DNA of 64,000 nt from Plasmodiophora brassicae. Taxonomy: Eukaryota. Of the stretch, positions 22,706 through 38,009 are shown one piece after another (position 1 is the first letter of the stretch; every line of letters begins with the position of its first letter). The notes beneath the pieces were generated by a model, which was not told where the DNA came from, made no database searches, and saw only the letters and a program-made list of their open reading frames with translations. Location of the stretch: positions 682,001 through 746,000 of the forward strand of contig CP145418.1 of NCBI GenBank assembly GCA_036867785.1, written 5' to 3'. Position numbers and translations under genes: made by a program.

Positions 22706-24714
22706 ATGCCGTCGCTGACCATCCCGAAGTCGACCGGGGTCGACCAATGCGCATCGCCCGAGATGTCGCCCAGCAGGGCGGTGTCGCCTTCCTCGCTCGG
22801 CTCCCACTGGATGGTCAAACGTAAGACCAGTCGTCCACGTGTCCGCCACCGGATGCTAAACAATAATTAGTATACCTTCTTCGCAACGTTCCTCAGTCTG
22901 TCACCGGTACGTACATGATCGTACGGCGTGGCCCAGAACGAAGCTCGCTGATTCGTTGCCGAATGGCACAGGTTCGCGTCCGCAAGCGCGAATGCATTAC
23001 AGGGACCTGTCCGTGACTTGCAGGAGGGCACAGCCGGTACATGAATGTGGTGGCCCTTCGGGATCCCGCGGAATGTTCAAGTTCCAGGACGAGGAGATGT
23101 TCCTCTTCGTCACACCGAACGCGATCCGTAACGGGCCGGATGGTCCAGTGGCGTGCATCACTTTGGAGTTGCTGGCGCAAGGGTACGACATGGTATCCTT
23201 GAAGGGCACGTTGTACAGGCTCATTCTATCTGTATAGGGTATCGATGACCGAGATGCGTCCCCAGCCTCTCGGGTTCGCCAACTTTGAGATCTGTCCTGG
23301 GCTCCCCTCATTCGCAACCAAATGGATCCCGATCTACGGGTCCGACATCCAGCATCGACCCATTTCAATCGGGGAAGTTCTGGTTGGCATCTTCCCGCTG
23401 ATGCCGGCTCCCCACGTTGTCGATATGTTACCGTCGTCTAAGGACGACGTACCTCGCAAGACCTGGTTCAGGTCGTTGCGCACCTCATCGAATGTCAACC
23501 GTTAGTGCAGGGCGTTTGTATTCATTGCCTCTGGATACTCATCGGGGCGTACTAGTGGATCCCGTCAGCGAACGCGAGACCAGCATGATCAAGAAGTACA
23601 TTCGGCAATTGCTGTCGCAACCCGAAGATAAGCACCCGGACGGAATCCTGCTGATCCTGACGTTGTTGAAGTCCAAGCACTGCCGCATAACATTCATCAC
23701 CGAGATGGTGAAAGTGTCCGCCACAAAGCCACTGTTCTACACAACGTTTATGGTGAGGCCGTTTGTGGTTCGCCCGGGTGCGTCCCAGTATGCCTGACGT
23801 TTTCGTAGCGACTACTGGACGCCTGCCGTGCGCTGCTCAGGGAAGCGGCTAACCAAAAGGATTACAAGTCGTGCGACCTGCTACTTCATCTGTCGCGCTG
23901 CGTCTTCACGAATCCGAGCCCTGGCGACCCATGCCTAGCGGAGTCGGCCGACAACGACCACGCCAGTATGTTTCTCTACGTATGTTTATCCGCACCAAGT
24001 ACTGTTTCAGATCGCCTCTGACCGTCATCCTTCCAGTCGGAAATCAAAACCCACCCTGTGTATCGCTTGCGCGACTTCTGGGAGTACACGCTGACCTCAA
24101 TAGTCGAGCACTACCAGACGTCAGGCGGTGATGGTCTCCAACTCCAATCATTATGGTCACAGTCCCTCTTCCTGACCAACCAGCAGTCCCTGGAACACTT
24201 GCTTTGCTCTGTTGGCCTGGGCATGATCCACTCTGGTCTGCCCAAATGTTTCGACTGCTGGATACCGCTAACTGGCCGTCTGTAGGTGTCCCACAATGCG
24301 AGATTGCCCCGTTCGTGTCAGAGCAAGGCGAACTTTATGAGCTGGATATGCGAAGCATCGCCCGGGTTCTGTCCTTCATCCAAGCGTTGCACCTTCGTGA
24401 TCCTCCCGGTGTGGCGCTCAGCCCTCGGAAAGGGTTCCCTGAGGACGAGTGGCACTGGTCGATGGACCCCAACGTCCAATCCCTGAACCTCGAGAAGAAG
24501 GCCTTCGACCCGCTCCACCGCGACAGCGACCAGAAACCCGTCGTCGTCCACAAATTCGTACGTCCGCCCCTCGCTCTGTCATTCCCACGTCCCAACAGAT
24601 CTGCAGGAATCCAGAGGGAAATGGACACGGTACCAGACGGACGACGGCCGCGACTACTACTTCAACAGCGAAACGCAGGAGACGCGCTGGAAATGCCCGG
24701 GGCCATTCGACTGA
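22706..24714 (+). CDS. Multi-exon protein with a possible N-terminal C2-like region, an SBF2-like helical region and a C-terminal WW domain
   Basis: The last exon reads GKWTRYQTDDGRDYYFNSETQETRWKCP, a WW domain. The internal VYRLRDFWE resembles the SBF2 motif. The 5' end is uncertain. Confidence 0.55.
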
Positions 24715-24875
24715 TCGGCCACGTGCGCTCCCCAATAAAACGTTAGATCCATGTGCTGTTGCTACAGGTGCCACTGGCCACCCCTACGCAGAAAACCCGT
24801 CGCGACGGCAGCTGTTGGCGTTGCGCAGTCGCAACTTTCGGCAGGTGCGCCTGCGTGCGCGGTAGGCCCGTCGTC

Positions 24876-27298
24876 ATGGCGGCCGGCGACGACACGCACT
24901 ACACGATCGACAGGATCCTGGACGTGCGCAAGGGCAAGAAGGGGTTGGAGTTCCGCGTACGATGTATGTGGGGTGATGTTGGTGGCGCGTGCCCGTGCTG
25001 ACCATCAGGGATGCAGGGGCGCCGCCCTGGGACGATCCGCAGTTCGACAGCTACGAGCCGCAATCGAACTTCACCGACGGGTGTCGGACGCTGTTCGACG
25101 CGTTCTTCAAGTCGCCGGAAGGGCGCGAACGCCGCATCGAGCTAGCCCTCGGCACGGACGATAATGGATCCGACGACGTGCCTATCAAGAAACCTGCCAA
25201 GAAGCGAGCGAAACCGCCGAAGTCGGCCGCATCGCCGTCGCTGATGAGCGTGCACAGCTCGTCGGACGACAGTGTGCCTTTGATCAATCGCCTGCTGACA
25301 AAGAAGAAACGAGGTCGACCGCCTAAGACCGACGAATCCACTCAGCAGCAGCAGCAGCGGGAGGAGGAGGCCATGCCGACTGCAGGGCAGCATTCTGCCG
25401 GTCTGCCGCTTCAGAAACCGGCGATCAAGTCGTCGTCACTGAAAACGGCGACCAACGCGCCTAAGCCGCAGAAACGTGTGTCGTTCACCGTACCACTTGA
25501 GGCTGAACCAGCATTGGCTCATGGCGCAGAAAGGCGGCGCCCTGAATCAAACACTTTGGATGTCTCTCCGCGCGCTTCGACTGACATGTCAGCCGCCCCT
25601 ACCGCGATGCGATCGATTCCAGTTAGACATTCGCCGGCGGCATCCAGGGGCGGTCTATCACAAGGTGCTTTGCCGTCTGGTTTCCTTCCGCGGCGAAGAA
25701 CCGACAAGGAATCGATCAGTCCACAAGAGGTGAGGGCGTCGCATGGCGTCGTGACGGAAGCGCCTCGACCTGTGGCACCTCTGGAGACCAAGAAGCAACT
25801 GCCACCGGTGACGCTGCCAACCACAGCTGCGGAAGCGATCGAACAGATGAAGTCACTGGATGTGCGAAATCGACAAGATTTCCTTGAGCACATCACGTTG
25901 ACGTTCACCCACTCGGACGTGGCGAAACTGGTCGATCCAGTTGGAGAATTCCTGAAGACGCTCGAGTCCTGGATAGCCGAGGCGTTCTCTGTCGTCGGCG
26001 ATCTCGGTAATGGGTTCCAGCAGTCCGTGCTATAAGTGCTGATGCTGTTAGCATTGCAGATATTGGATTTCTGGTGGCGTCCTGTTTGTTGCTGGAAGTC
26101 CTGCCGGCGCGTTGGTACAAAAGGTATCGTCCGATCCAGCATGTTCTATTGCAGAATCAGTCCTTTCATCCTCTCGTCATGAACCTGTCTGCGCGGGTCA
26201 TCAAGAAGTGGCAGCTGTACAAGGAAATGTCCTCGTACGTTTCCTGTTTTACCGCATCACTGTACATGTTACTAACTGGTTACTAGGCGTTTCTCTGCCA
26301 ACAGCGCCCCACCCAAACCTGCCCCTGACGTTCCAGCTACTGACAGAGTGCGGTCCAACTCTGTTACCTCATTTTCGCAACAATCAACCCTGGTGGTGCC
26401 CCCGTCCGTTTTCGTTGCAAGCACACCCTGGCCTCGTCCAGTAGCAGCCGGCTGTGAACGCAAGTCTCCAACAGGGGACGAGCGCGTGGTTTCCAGGGGG
26501 GCGGCTCCTGCAGTCAGTGGCAACCAAGTTGCAATTCCTCGGGTTTCTGTATCACCGGCACCCTCATTGGCGGGTGTGGCTCAAACGCCTGCTGTACCTT
26601 CCGATGTCTCCGCGAGTCCACCGGTGCAACCCCAGCCTCCCGTGGTCATCGACGGCGCTGAGCGCGTTCCTGACCGTGTCGGGCAGAGGGCTGATGCTGT
26701 AGTCCCTGCATCGGTGACCACGCAGCAGGGTGAAACCCTGTACGAGAAGCCTTCATCCGTCCCGCCAACGGAACCGAAGCCCGTCCCACCGCCATCTAGT
26801 TTACCCGAATCAAGCCAGGCCATGTTTGACGAGCTGCTGGCAAATGGTTCCTTGACGTCCAGCGAACAGCTGCTCATTCCTCAGGAGTCGATCGACCGGT
26901 GCAGGCTCATTTGGGAACGCGTGAAGAACCGACTCGGCGGTGACAAACCTGTAGCATCAACCGAACGATCTCCTGTCGTCTCGTTCGTTCCGGACAAGGA
27001 ATCTGTGCCTCCAATCCCTACGATTCGCGGGGTGGTGTTTCCGGATGAGAGCCGCACCTTGTCGAGCCAGAAGCGCAAGCGACCTGCCGATGATCGCGCA
27101 GACCTCGGTCCCCGCAAGGTTCTGCTCCGCCCAGATTCCCAACCTCCTGGCAAGAAACAGTTCCCGCCTTTGGGCAAGAAGCCGCCTTTGACCGACAGTC
27201 AGAGGAAGAAAATCCCTTGCAAATACTTCCGCAAGGGCTACTGTGAACGTGGCGATCGATGTAAATTCGCCCATGTCAAGACCTCCAGTGGCTCGTAA
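24876..27298 (+). CDS. Chromodomain, TFIIS-N-like and CCCH zinc-finger nuclear protein
   Basis: YTIDRILDVRKGKKGLEFRVR|W..DSYEPQSNF (chromodomain), KKRGRPPK (AT-hook-like), KRVSF, LKTLESWI...LSARVIKKW (TFIIS-N-like) and CKYFRKGYCERGDRCKFAH (CCCH). Confidence 0.75.
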
Positions 27299-27448
27299 CG
27301 TCTATCGACCTTTGCGTTCCTAATATACAACCAAGGTTCACTGGCGGTCAAGATCGAACGTTGTATTGAATGCTCTGGATGGAGATACTCATGACTCTGA
27401 AGCAGCAGGGGCGAAACCGGTGCCAGTCGGCGTAAGTAGTGCGACTGT

Positions 27449-29761
<2,313 letters not shown>

Positions 29762-30392
29762 GTTAGCGATTCGTGTGTATGGCGCGCGGCGTTTGCGTTA
29801 CGGGACGATAGAGATAGCCGATACTGATGAAAATGTCGAGTTTGCGCTGTCGTACCCTGAAATCAACCTTGTGACGGTGTGGGTCGACCGATGCGCGCGA
29901 TCGCGCGCCGTCCACAAGGCCGCCGTTGCGGACTTACGGACTCCGGACAGGTTGGTGCGTGACTCACCGGAGTCCGATCTGCAAGAACCGACCCGTTTTC
30001 CTTTCTGGCCAGGCGCTTGAAGTTCTATCGTGGTCCTTTAAGTCCAAGGCAGCATCCCTCCACAAGGCGCGGATGGATGCTGCCTTGGACTTCGACGATA
30101 TGGGCCGACCACCACGTCGACGTCCAACAGGAAGCCGTCGATAGCCTATATACTGCCACACGACAGCCGTCCTTGGAGGTGTCCTGGAGGATATCGCCTG
30201 CTGGCCCAGCGCGAGATCGCGTGCCATTTTATGAATTCATGCTCCCAACAGGTTCCTCCACGACTATATACCGTCTTCAAGCGACGTCATCATGGCCAGC
30301 AGATCAAGCTGGTCGTCCTCCGTTGGCTTGGTCGCCGTCCCTGCACAGGGTAGGATCAGTGATCACAGGCTGGCAGGCGCTCTGACGTCCCA

Positions 30393-32021
30393 TCAGCCGA
30401 CCTTCGTCTGGACCCCAGTCAGCAATTGCGCTAGAACTGTTCTGGGACGCGTTGATCGTGATCTTCTGCACGTGAAATGAACTCTGTGGCTGGCCATCGG
30501 AGGCGTCGCTGCCGGTTCTGTAACGACAACGTCAATCATGGTCGATGAGGTGGACATCGCAATTGCTCGGGACCCTAGCGTCATGCCGAGGTCCAGTTTG
30601 AAAGAGTTGTCCTTGATGTCCGCTGGCGCTTGGATCAATCCGGCTAGCAGATCCAGGCAGGCCACCGCTTGCTGGTTGACCTATGGCGACCATAGTAAAG
30701 GGATGACCTGAATGCAAGCACGGTACAGTTTAAGGCCTACAGGCGCCTGCAATTCCTGAGCGGGTGTCGCCTGATTTGATGGCTGATCGTGATCAGCCGC
30801 GGCCGCTGACGGATCTGACGTCTGCCGATCAAGTTCGTATCTGTTCCAGCGCTCTTTGTCAGGGAGGTCGACATCCTTCTACAACACCTCACTGACATAT
30901 TGCTTCCGAGGGCGCACGACACAACGCTCTGCCTTGACGTGGGACGATCCAGAACAGGCGCCTGAGCAGCTGGCGTTTTCTCATCCGGCTTCTTCGGTTG
31001 GAACGCCTCCCCGACTGTGTCTCGGCCAGGCACGCTCAGATGAACGACGCGTTCCAGTCTGGTTTGCTGCTTATACACATTGACAGTGCCCAGTAGGTCT
31101 TTGCCGGCCTGCGACGATACTCGGCGAACATGACTGATAATGATGGCACCCGTTTGACTCTATACCGGACACGACGTCAGCATACAACGACATGCGAAAC
31201 GGTGCCGACTCCCAACCTGAAGGTTGTCTTGGAGAAGAAGCGATACCTTGACTTTCCGGTCCTGGAAGAACATTGCCAGTCGGTACCGTAACGCAGCGAG
31301 CTCCCAGTCCCTCAGGTTGTCGTACACCTGGATAGGCACTACGCTTAACATCGGCAGGCAAACACCGACTGGATACCTGCTGTGAGACCTTCGCCACAAG
31401 CTGCATGGTTCGGTTGATGAGAGCATAGGCCGCAGAGTCGTGCGCCGACGACGGGAACAGTGACATCAGCGTGTTCAGGTGCTTGACGGTGATTTTGAGC
31501 AGATCACTGGGGACCGTGCAACTCAAGACCTGGTACTTGAAACCCATGGTCATCAGGTCGTACAGCTGATGACGGAGCCCGTCAGGAGCTGAATAACACG
31601 GCGAATGGACCACCAGTGAGCAAGCAGACCTTCTCCATGCTGGTCTCGTTCAGCCTCATGATGGACGAATGCGCCAGGCGGCGGAATATTTGCTGCAATG
31701 CGTCATTCGTGTAAATCTGTTTCGGCTTGAAAATCTCGTCGACGAATTTGGGGTTGAACATGGTCGAAACAACATCTTCCAGTACTATTGTTCACTGTCA
31801 GAGGTGTGTGTGTGTGCGCAAAAGGTTCACCGGAAGAAGGACCGCGGATGCTTTTGTCTCCCGATATCGACTGCGCTTTCAAGCGCTGGTCGATGATGTA
31901 TATCATCTCTCCGCCCATATTGATCACGAGGATGGGCACTGGGAGCAATAGGCCCGTTTACAATCGCTGTCGTTCGTGCGGCTCGTGATAGACCCCCGCA
32001 CTTACTGCATAGTAGCGCCAT
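30393..32021 (-). CDS. OSCP1: OSCP1 (organic solute carrier partner 1)-like protein; 3' end uncertain
   Basis: Spliced MALLCMPILVINMGGEMIYIIDQRLKAQ, RLAHSSIMRLNETSMEK|LYDLMTMGFKYQV and FFQDRKVKVSLLL. Confidence 0.88.
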
Positions 32022-32464
32022 AGCAACGAGAGCCACGGAAGTATGACCACCAGCCAGCCTGCTACGCGCGACGGGGCAGCGCAGCCCACCTGTTTCGTTC
32101 GGCAAACGATCGGTGGCCCGATACGGCGACAGGATTCACCACGTGTGCAGCGCCTGTATCCTACCGGGAGTCCAGCAAGTGGTAGGATCATCGACGATAT
32201 ACCGTATCTTTTCAACAGCGGTTTAGCCCGGGATTGTAGTGTCTAGCGAATTCCCGCAATCCCATCTGGCACAGTAGATATTACGGGACCGCCGTATGTC
32301 CATTGGTATTTACTTGAAGCCGCCTGTCTAATTCCGGCATGGCGATATCAGTCCGCTTGCCTATTTCAGTGCCTTCACCGAAATAGGACCGGTCGACAAG
32401 TTGCCCGCCTCGTATTGACACAACCTGGTCGCGTGCCATTCGCAATCGTTCAACAGCAGCGACC

Positions 32465-33459
32465 ATGCCGAACGAATATGGCCTGGACAAAGAGATCGCT
32501 GAGAAGATCGCCTCGAAATACGACCCGGCCATGGAGAAGGAGGCCCAAGACTGGATTGAGCAGGTGGGCCGACTGACCACCAACGATACCCCCGTGATAT
32601 AACACGCCCCCAGGTCACTGCTGAGAAATTCAAGGCTGGCTTCCAGGAGTCGTTGAAATCGGGTGTCATCCTCTGCAAGCTGCTCAACCGCATCAAGCCT
32701 GGCACGGTCAGCCGCATCAACACCCAGTCGATGCCGTTCATGCAGCGCGAAAACATCTCGTACTTCTTGAACGGGTATCTTCGCGTCCTGGGGGTGCCTT
32801 GCTGCTCGCTCTCTGACCGGAATCCTCGTGTGCCAGATGCCGCGACCTTGGTATGCGCAACACTGATCTGTTCGACACGCAAGGTAGGTGGCCTTGTCTA
32901 GTGCCCTTATACGACTCCTACCACTCACCGGACTGTACGTAGACCTATATGAGAACAAGAACATTGTTCACGTCATCGTACAGTGACAGCGTGTTGCTGG
33001 TAGGGGACTGTGGACTGACTCGCATCCGTCGAACCAGGATAGCGTATTCTCCCTGGCGGCCGTGGCTCGCAACGTCCCAGGATTTGATGGGCCGTACCTG
33101 GGAACGGCTCGCCTCGCCCAGAAGAACGAGCGCCAGTTTTCAGATCAGCAGATGGCCAAAGCGTCAGCGGCGCCGACGCTGCTGGGCATGGGCGGATATG
33201 AGGTGTGCAATGCATGCAGGCAGCCACCCTGAGGCGTCCGTACTGATTACTGCCGGTTGTAATAATTCAGCAAGCGAAACGCGTTGCGCAGGAAGCGGGC
33301 CCAAACATCATCCTCGATCGTCAGATCATCCAGAACGTCGACATGATCAAGCAGGAGCAGGCCAAGTCGAAGGCCGCCGTCGCTGAACGATGCCCGGAAT
33401 GCAACGCACCCAACCCGAACGCCAAATTCTGTGGCGAATGCGGATCCAAGTTATGCTAA
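32465..33459 (+). CDS. Calponin/transgelin-like CH-domain protein with a C-terminal zinc ribbon
   Basis: YGLDKEIAEKIASKYDP..EAQDWIE, LKSGVILCKLLNRIKPG, FMQRENISYFL and DLYE. The protein ends CPECNAPNPNAKFCGECGSKLC*. Confidence 0.85.
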
Positions 33460-33519
33460 ACTTGTTTCTGGACAATCCAACCCCACAATCCAACCGCTCC
33501 GTATATCATTGTCCTGGGA

Positions 33520-35126
33520 TCAGTCGGCGTGGCAGACTGTCGTTAGCGCCTTCAGGGCATACGGCCGCGCAACAGGTGCCTTGTAATGCCCGCCGTCGTA
33601 CGAAATATCGTTCAGGACCGAACTGATCGAATAGATATCAATGACGGGGAAGTTGACTTTCTTCGCCTCCTCGGCCGCGATTCGATTGTAATACGGGATG
33701 GTGCCCGGGTGCCTCCAGTCAAAGTTCTGCATGACGCGACGGTTGAACGCCATGGTGTTGACAGACACCCAGTAGGCTTTCAGATTCGACCCCTTGAAGC
33801 GCTGGAAGAGATCGCGGACCATCTGACGGAATCGCTCACCTGGGAAGGGCGGGTTTTCTGTCCATCCCAGCGGGTGTTGCCCGAAATTGAACAGGACGTG
33901 CGTACAGCCAGAGCAGGCTCCCGGGCTTACTGAACCGTATCTGACAGTCCACCGTCAACCACACGCGAATGGATCATCATACGCAGCGGCCTACAAGTCG
34001 GGTGTGTACCGGACGTAATCGGACGGGCAGACATCCTGGGTGTAGGTGCCAGCGCAAACCTCGTTGGTCGGATCCACAACCTCTGACAGCATCGTATGCA
34101 GCAATCGCATCTGACTGTCCCCGAACACGCAGATACGCTGCTCGGGAGTCGTCAGTCCACAGCGTTTCACCCAGTTCAGGCCATCATCCTGAAGCTGACA
34201 ATGGAAGAACCTGGCATTTACCACCGTCATGAACCCAGCAATGAAACATTGAGCGCGCCCGAACCTGTACTGGAGACGCGCGAACCGAACCTTGATCTGG
34301 GGGTGCTCCCAGTTCGCGTTCGGTATGCCAAGATCCCTGTAGTAGAAACGGTGGAACCCGAGCATGTCATGGGGCGGCTCTTCACCAGGGCCCATGGCGA
34401 AATTGGTCCTCTCCAGCCACCACCGCACGGTGTCCACCGGGAACGTCTCCTCGTCGTTGAAATCGTCTGATGGATCAATGATCCAGGTGCCGCCCTTGTC
34501 CATTAGCTCTGGAGTGCACACGGGCGATTCCGTCCACGACGTCCTCAAGGGACAATGGGCCGTCTCCACGCTGATAAAGAATTCCTACGCGTTGTGTCAG
34601 CAAAGGGTGACTGCCAGCGGTGAGCGATAACTGCGGGTACGTGAAGGTCGAAGAAAGGCGGCCATTGTGCAATGATCTGGCCATGTTTGATGTCTTCCTC
34701 GACGAAATCGGTGAACAGAGGCATGACCTCGATCGTGTACCTGCCGATGCATTCGATGGTATACGGTGCAATCCAGTAGGCCGGGTCGGAAGTCGGTTTC
34801 GCATCCAGAAGGAGGATCTGCGGCCCCATGACCCGAATACGGAGCACAGGATGCCCGACATCCGACAGGCAGCTCTTGTCGAATCGCACATGCACCAGGC
34901 CCGAATTGGGCCCGGTCGACTCCATCCAGACGCGATCGAACCGCGCCTCGGTGCGATTCCTAGGCAGGATCAGCGCGTCGCGCCTCTCATCGAACACGCG
35001 TGCCGGGAACATGACCCGACGGGCGGCATCGCCGAACAGGGCCACATGGATCACGATCAGCGCCGCCGACAGCGACGCGATCAGCAGGATGGGCGCCCTG
35101 TGCCCTGACGCCAGCCCGGTCGCCAT
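33520..35126 (-). CDS. Type II membrane SGNH/PC-esterase (NXPE/TBL-like) glycan acyltransferase or esterase
   Basis: N-terminal TM anchor, an Ig-like segment (GRYTIEV), a GDS motif (CVFGDSQMR) and a C-terminal DxxH (DGGHY). Confidence 0.7.
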
Positions 35127-35359
35127 CGATACCGCCGACCGCCTCTGTAACCGCACCCCACCTCCCACAGCGGCCGGCGGTGCCCGGTGCCGCCACACGG
35201 GCCGTCCAGCCGACATCCCATGTTGAGACTACACGCCCGATTGAAAAATGAGGCCACAGATTGGTGTCAGTTTGGGCCACAGGACGAGGGGCGCGGGTCA
35301 GAGAGTCGGACCGCGCCCGTCGGAGCTGCCGATCGACTGCGGGGCGGTGGCGGCAGGCG

Positions 35360-36206
35360 ATGGCGCTGCGGGTGATCCTCGGGTCGTCGTCGCCGATCCG
35401 CGCGCGGCTGCTGTCGGAGATGACGGGCGAGTTCGTGGTGCGCTCGCCGGACATCGACGAGGCGGCCGTCCAGGTCGACGGCGTCGCCGATCGGGAGCGA
35501 TCCGACCCGACGCAGCTGACGCTGGCCATCGCTCGGGCCAAGTCGGACGCCATCCGGAAGCGGCTAGACGTTGGGTCGACTGAAACCATGTCTGTGCCGA
35601 CAGTTGAATGATGGGTTCTCCCGTAGGCGGGCGAACGCGCGCTGGTGGTCACCATGGATTCGTTAGCGACGTATGACGGCGTCATTCGGGGCAAGCCGAC
35701 TTCCAGAGGCCAGTGCCGATCGTGGATGATGGAGTACATGGTGAAACCTGTACGGGTTCAGCTGTTGTTGACGCGCGAGGCAATGTGTGTAAGGTCTTGA
35801 GCAGGTCCATGCGTGCACGGCTGTCGTCGTGTACAACACGGTAACGGGCGCGCATGCGGAAGGGTCTGTGTGGGCCCGTATCCATTCCCCGCGAAGGATT
35901 GGTCGTCTGACCGTAGGTGATTCTGCACAGAGTCGCCACAGGATCGCAGCTGTTCCACAGGATGCCAGATGAAGAGCTGACCGCGCTGCTGGATGAGCAG
36001 GAGATCCTGACCTGCGCCGGTGGTTACATTGTATCGTGCCGTACGTTCGCAACGGGGGCGCCCGGCCGGCGTCTGGCATTGCTCTAACCACCGCCGCCAC
36101 AGCCCGCATTCAACGGTTTCTTTCCACCCGGGAAGGATCGTTGTATACGCTAATGGGATTCCCTCGGGAGCTCCTGTCACAGCTGCTGGACCAGGTGCGG
36201 GTCTGA
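35360..36206 (+). CDS. Maf-like nucleotide pyrophosphatase, multi-exon
   Basis: VILGSSSPIR, PDIDE, IARAKSDAI, VTMDS..IRGKP, CAGGY and MGFP. Confidence 0.82.
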
Positions 36207-36260
36207 CGACGCATACGCGTCCGATTGATAAATGTTCTAGCTCGAGCGTCGGCACGCCCG

Positions 36261-37765
36261 CTATATCTCGCCACATAGTTCGTCATCGTCGATCTCGCTG
36301 GACATCTGGACTTCGACCAGCGCGGCGTTCTCGTAGTCGAACCCGACCAGGGCCTCCCGGATGACGTCGTACGTCCCGTTGGCATTTGTCCGGATCCGCT
36401 CCTGGTGCGGTTCGCTATCACTGATGGACTCCGCCCTGTCGACAAACATCTGGACATCGATGCGCTCAGTGTCCCATGCCGCGTTGCCGACGCGCGCGGA
36501 AGGTCGTACCGTGAGGATGGGCATCGACAGCTGTCTGGCAACAAAGTTGATGAACTTTTGTGGCAGGACGGATACTCGAAGGTCGACGTTCAGGATGGCG
36601 ACCATGCTCGTCAGGTTGGGTTGTATCGGGCGAATGACGGCACCGCTCCACCGTACCGCTACGCGCGTGCATGCCGACGGGACCTTATCCGCAGTCAGTT
36701 CCCGTCGTTGTCGCCCCCTGCAACAACACAGGGTGCCTGCCTTACCGGTGGCGCGCTGATGTTGAGCTCGGCGACCGATTCGAACGATTGCCCCAGAATG
36801 CATATGCACCCTTGATCGAGGACGTCGAACCCGGCAACGTCGACAACGGCGTCGCGTGCCCCAAACGGCCAGATCGGCTTGACGCGCGCATGCATCAACT
36901 TTCGTAGCTTGTCGACGTACAGCGGATCGATCTCGATCTGCGGTCCGATCAGGTGCGGTTAGAACACCCACCGGCGCGATTGCACGACCGCATGCCAGGG
37001 CAGGCACGCACCTTGACCAAAGGGTTGGTCAGGATGGCGCCCAACAGGTCGAACTCGTTCAGGAGAGCTAGGCAAGCAAACAGCCCGGTGTTAGGTGGGT
37101 GCCTTCGAGTTATGACGGCCCGGTGCCCGTTACTAAGCAAATCAAAGACACTGCAGTGGATTCTTCGAGCTTCGACTTTCAGCGACAGTATGCCCGCCTC
37201 CTGATCCATGCGATGGAACGTTTTCATCGACCGCTTCTGCAGACGCTGTCAGCGGCTCTCTGCATGATGGCATCGGCGCATGCGTCATCCACCGACCGTG
37301 TTCTCCAGGTTGAGCACCCAGGTTGGGTCCGATGACTTGGCCTGCTGGACCAGCTTCCGTACTTCGTCGGCGCTCTTCTGGACTCGCGCAATGGCGTCAT
37401 TGGTCTTCAGCATCTCCAGACACTCCTGCAACTGACGACGGGGCCCCGCTTGTCATTCCAATACACACGAGCGGCGTTCGTCCGTTATATACCTTCGTTG
37501 ACGATGTCGTCGTCGTGCGAGGCAGTGCTGCCGCCATGTCGTTCAGCTGCGCGAGTTCCATCTCGGCCCTGAGGATCTTCGACCTCGCAACGAGATCGAG
37601 GACGCCCTCAAACCGTCTGATGAACGTCTGCGCAAGGTCGTCGTCGCGCTGAGCGACGTCGGGGTCGCTGCACCCATTGTTAATCACGGGTGCGGCCTGC
37701 GGAACGTTCGACGCCTGGTCACGAAGATCACCCAGTGGCAAGGCAAGAGCAGTCAGCGTCGTCAT
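36261..37765 (-). CDS. START/SRPBCC lipid-binding domain protein, multi-exon
   Basis: LSLKVEA, LNEFDL, HARVKPIWPFGARDAVV and ILNVDLRVSVLPQKFINFVAR. Confidence 0.65.
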
Positions 37766-38009
37766 CGCGACGAGTAGCGCGCGCGGTCGCGTGTCACGCC
37801 CACGTGCATATCTTCAAGCACCAACCCGCTGAACTGACGTGCGCGCCCCAAGCCACCCGAGAGGCCGGGCACGTCCGTTTCGCTCGCATAGGCCGTCCAG
37901 GGCTCCAGGCGCCCTCCTGGCGCGAGCAGCGTTAACGTGTTATGCCCATCGGGTACATGGCGGTGCCGCTGTCCGACTGTCGTGTCGTTCCTGAAGGATG
38001 GGGATCTTA

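Noticed and set aside
30017-30480. Small plus-strand gene between DED1 and OSCP1
   Set aside because: Exon-like segments exist, but they overlap the uncertain OSCP1 3' end and show no motif.
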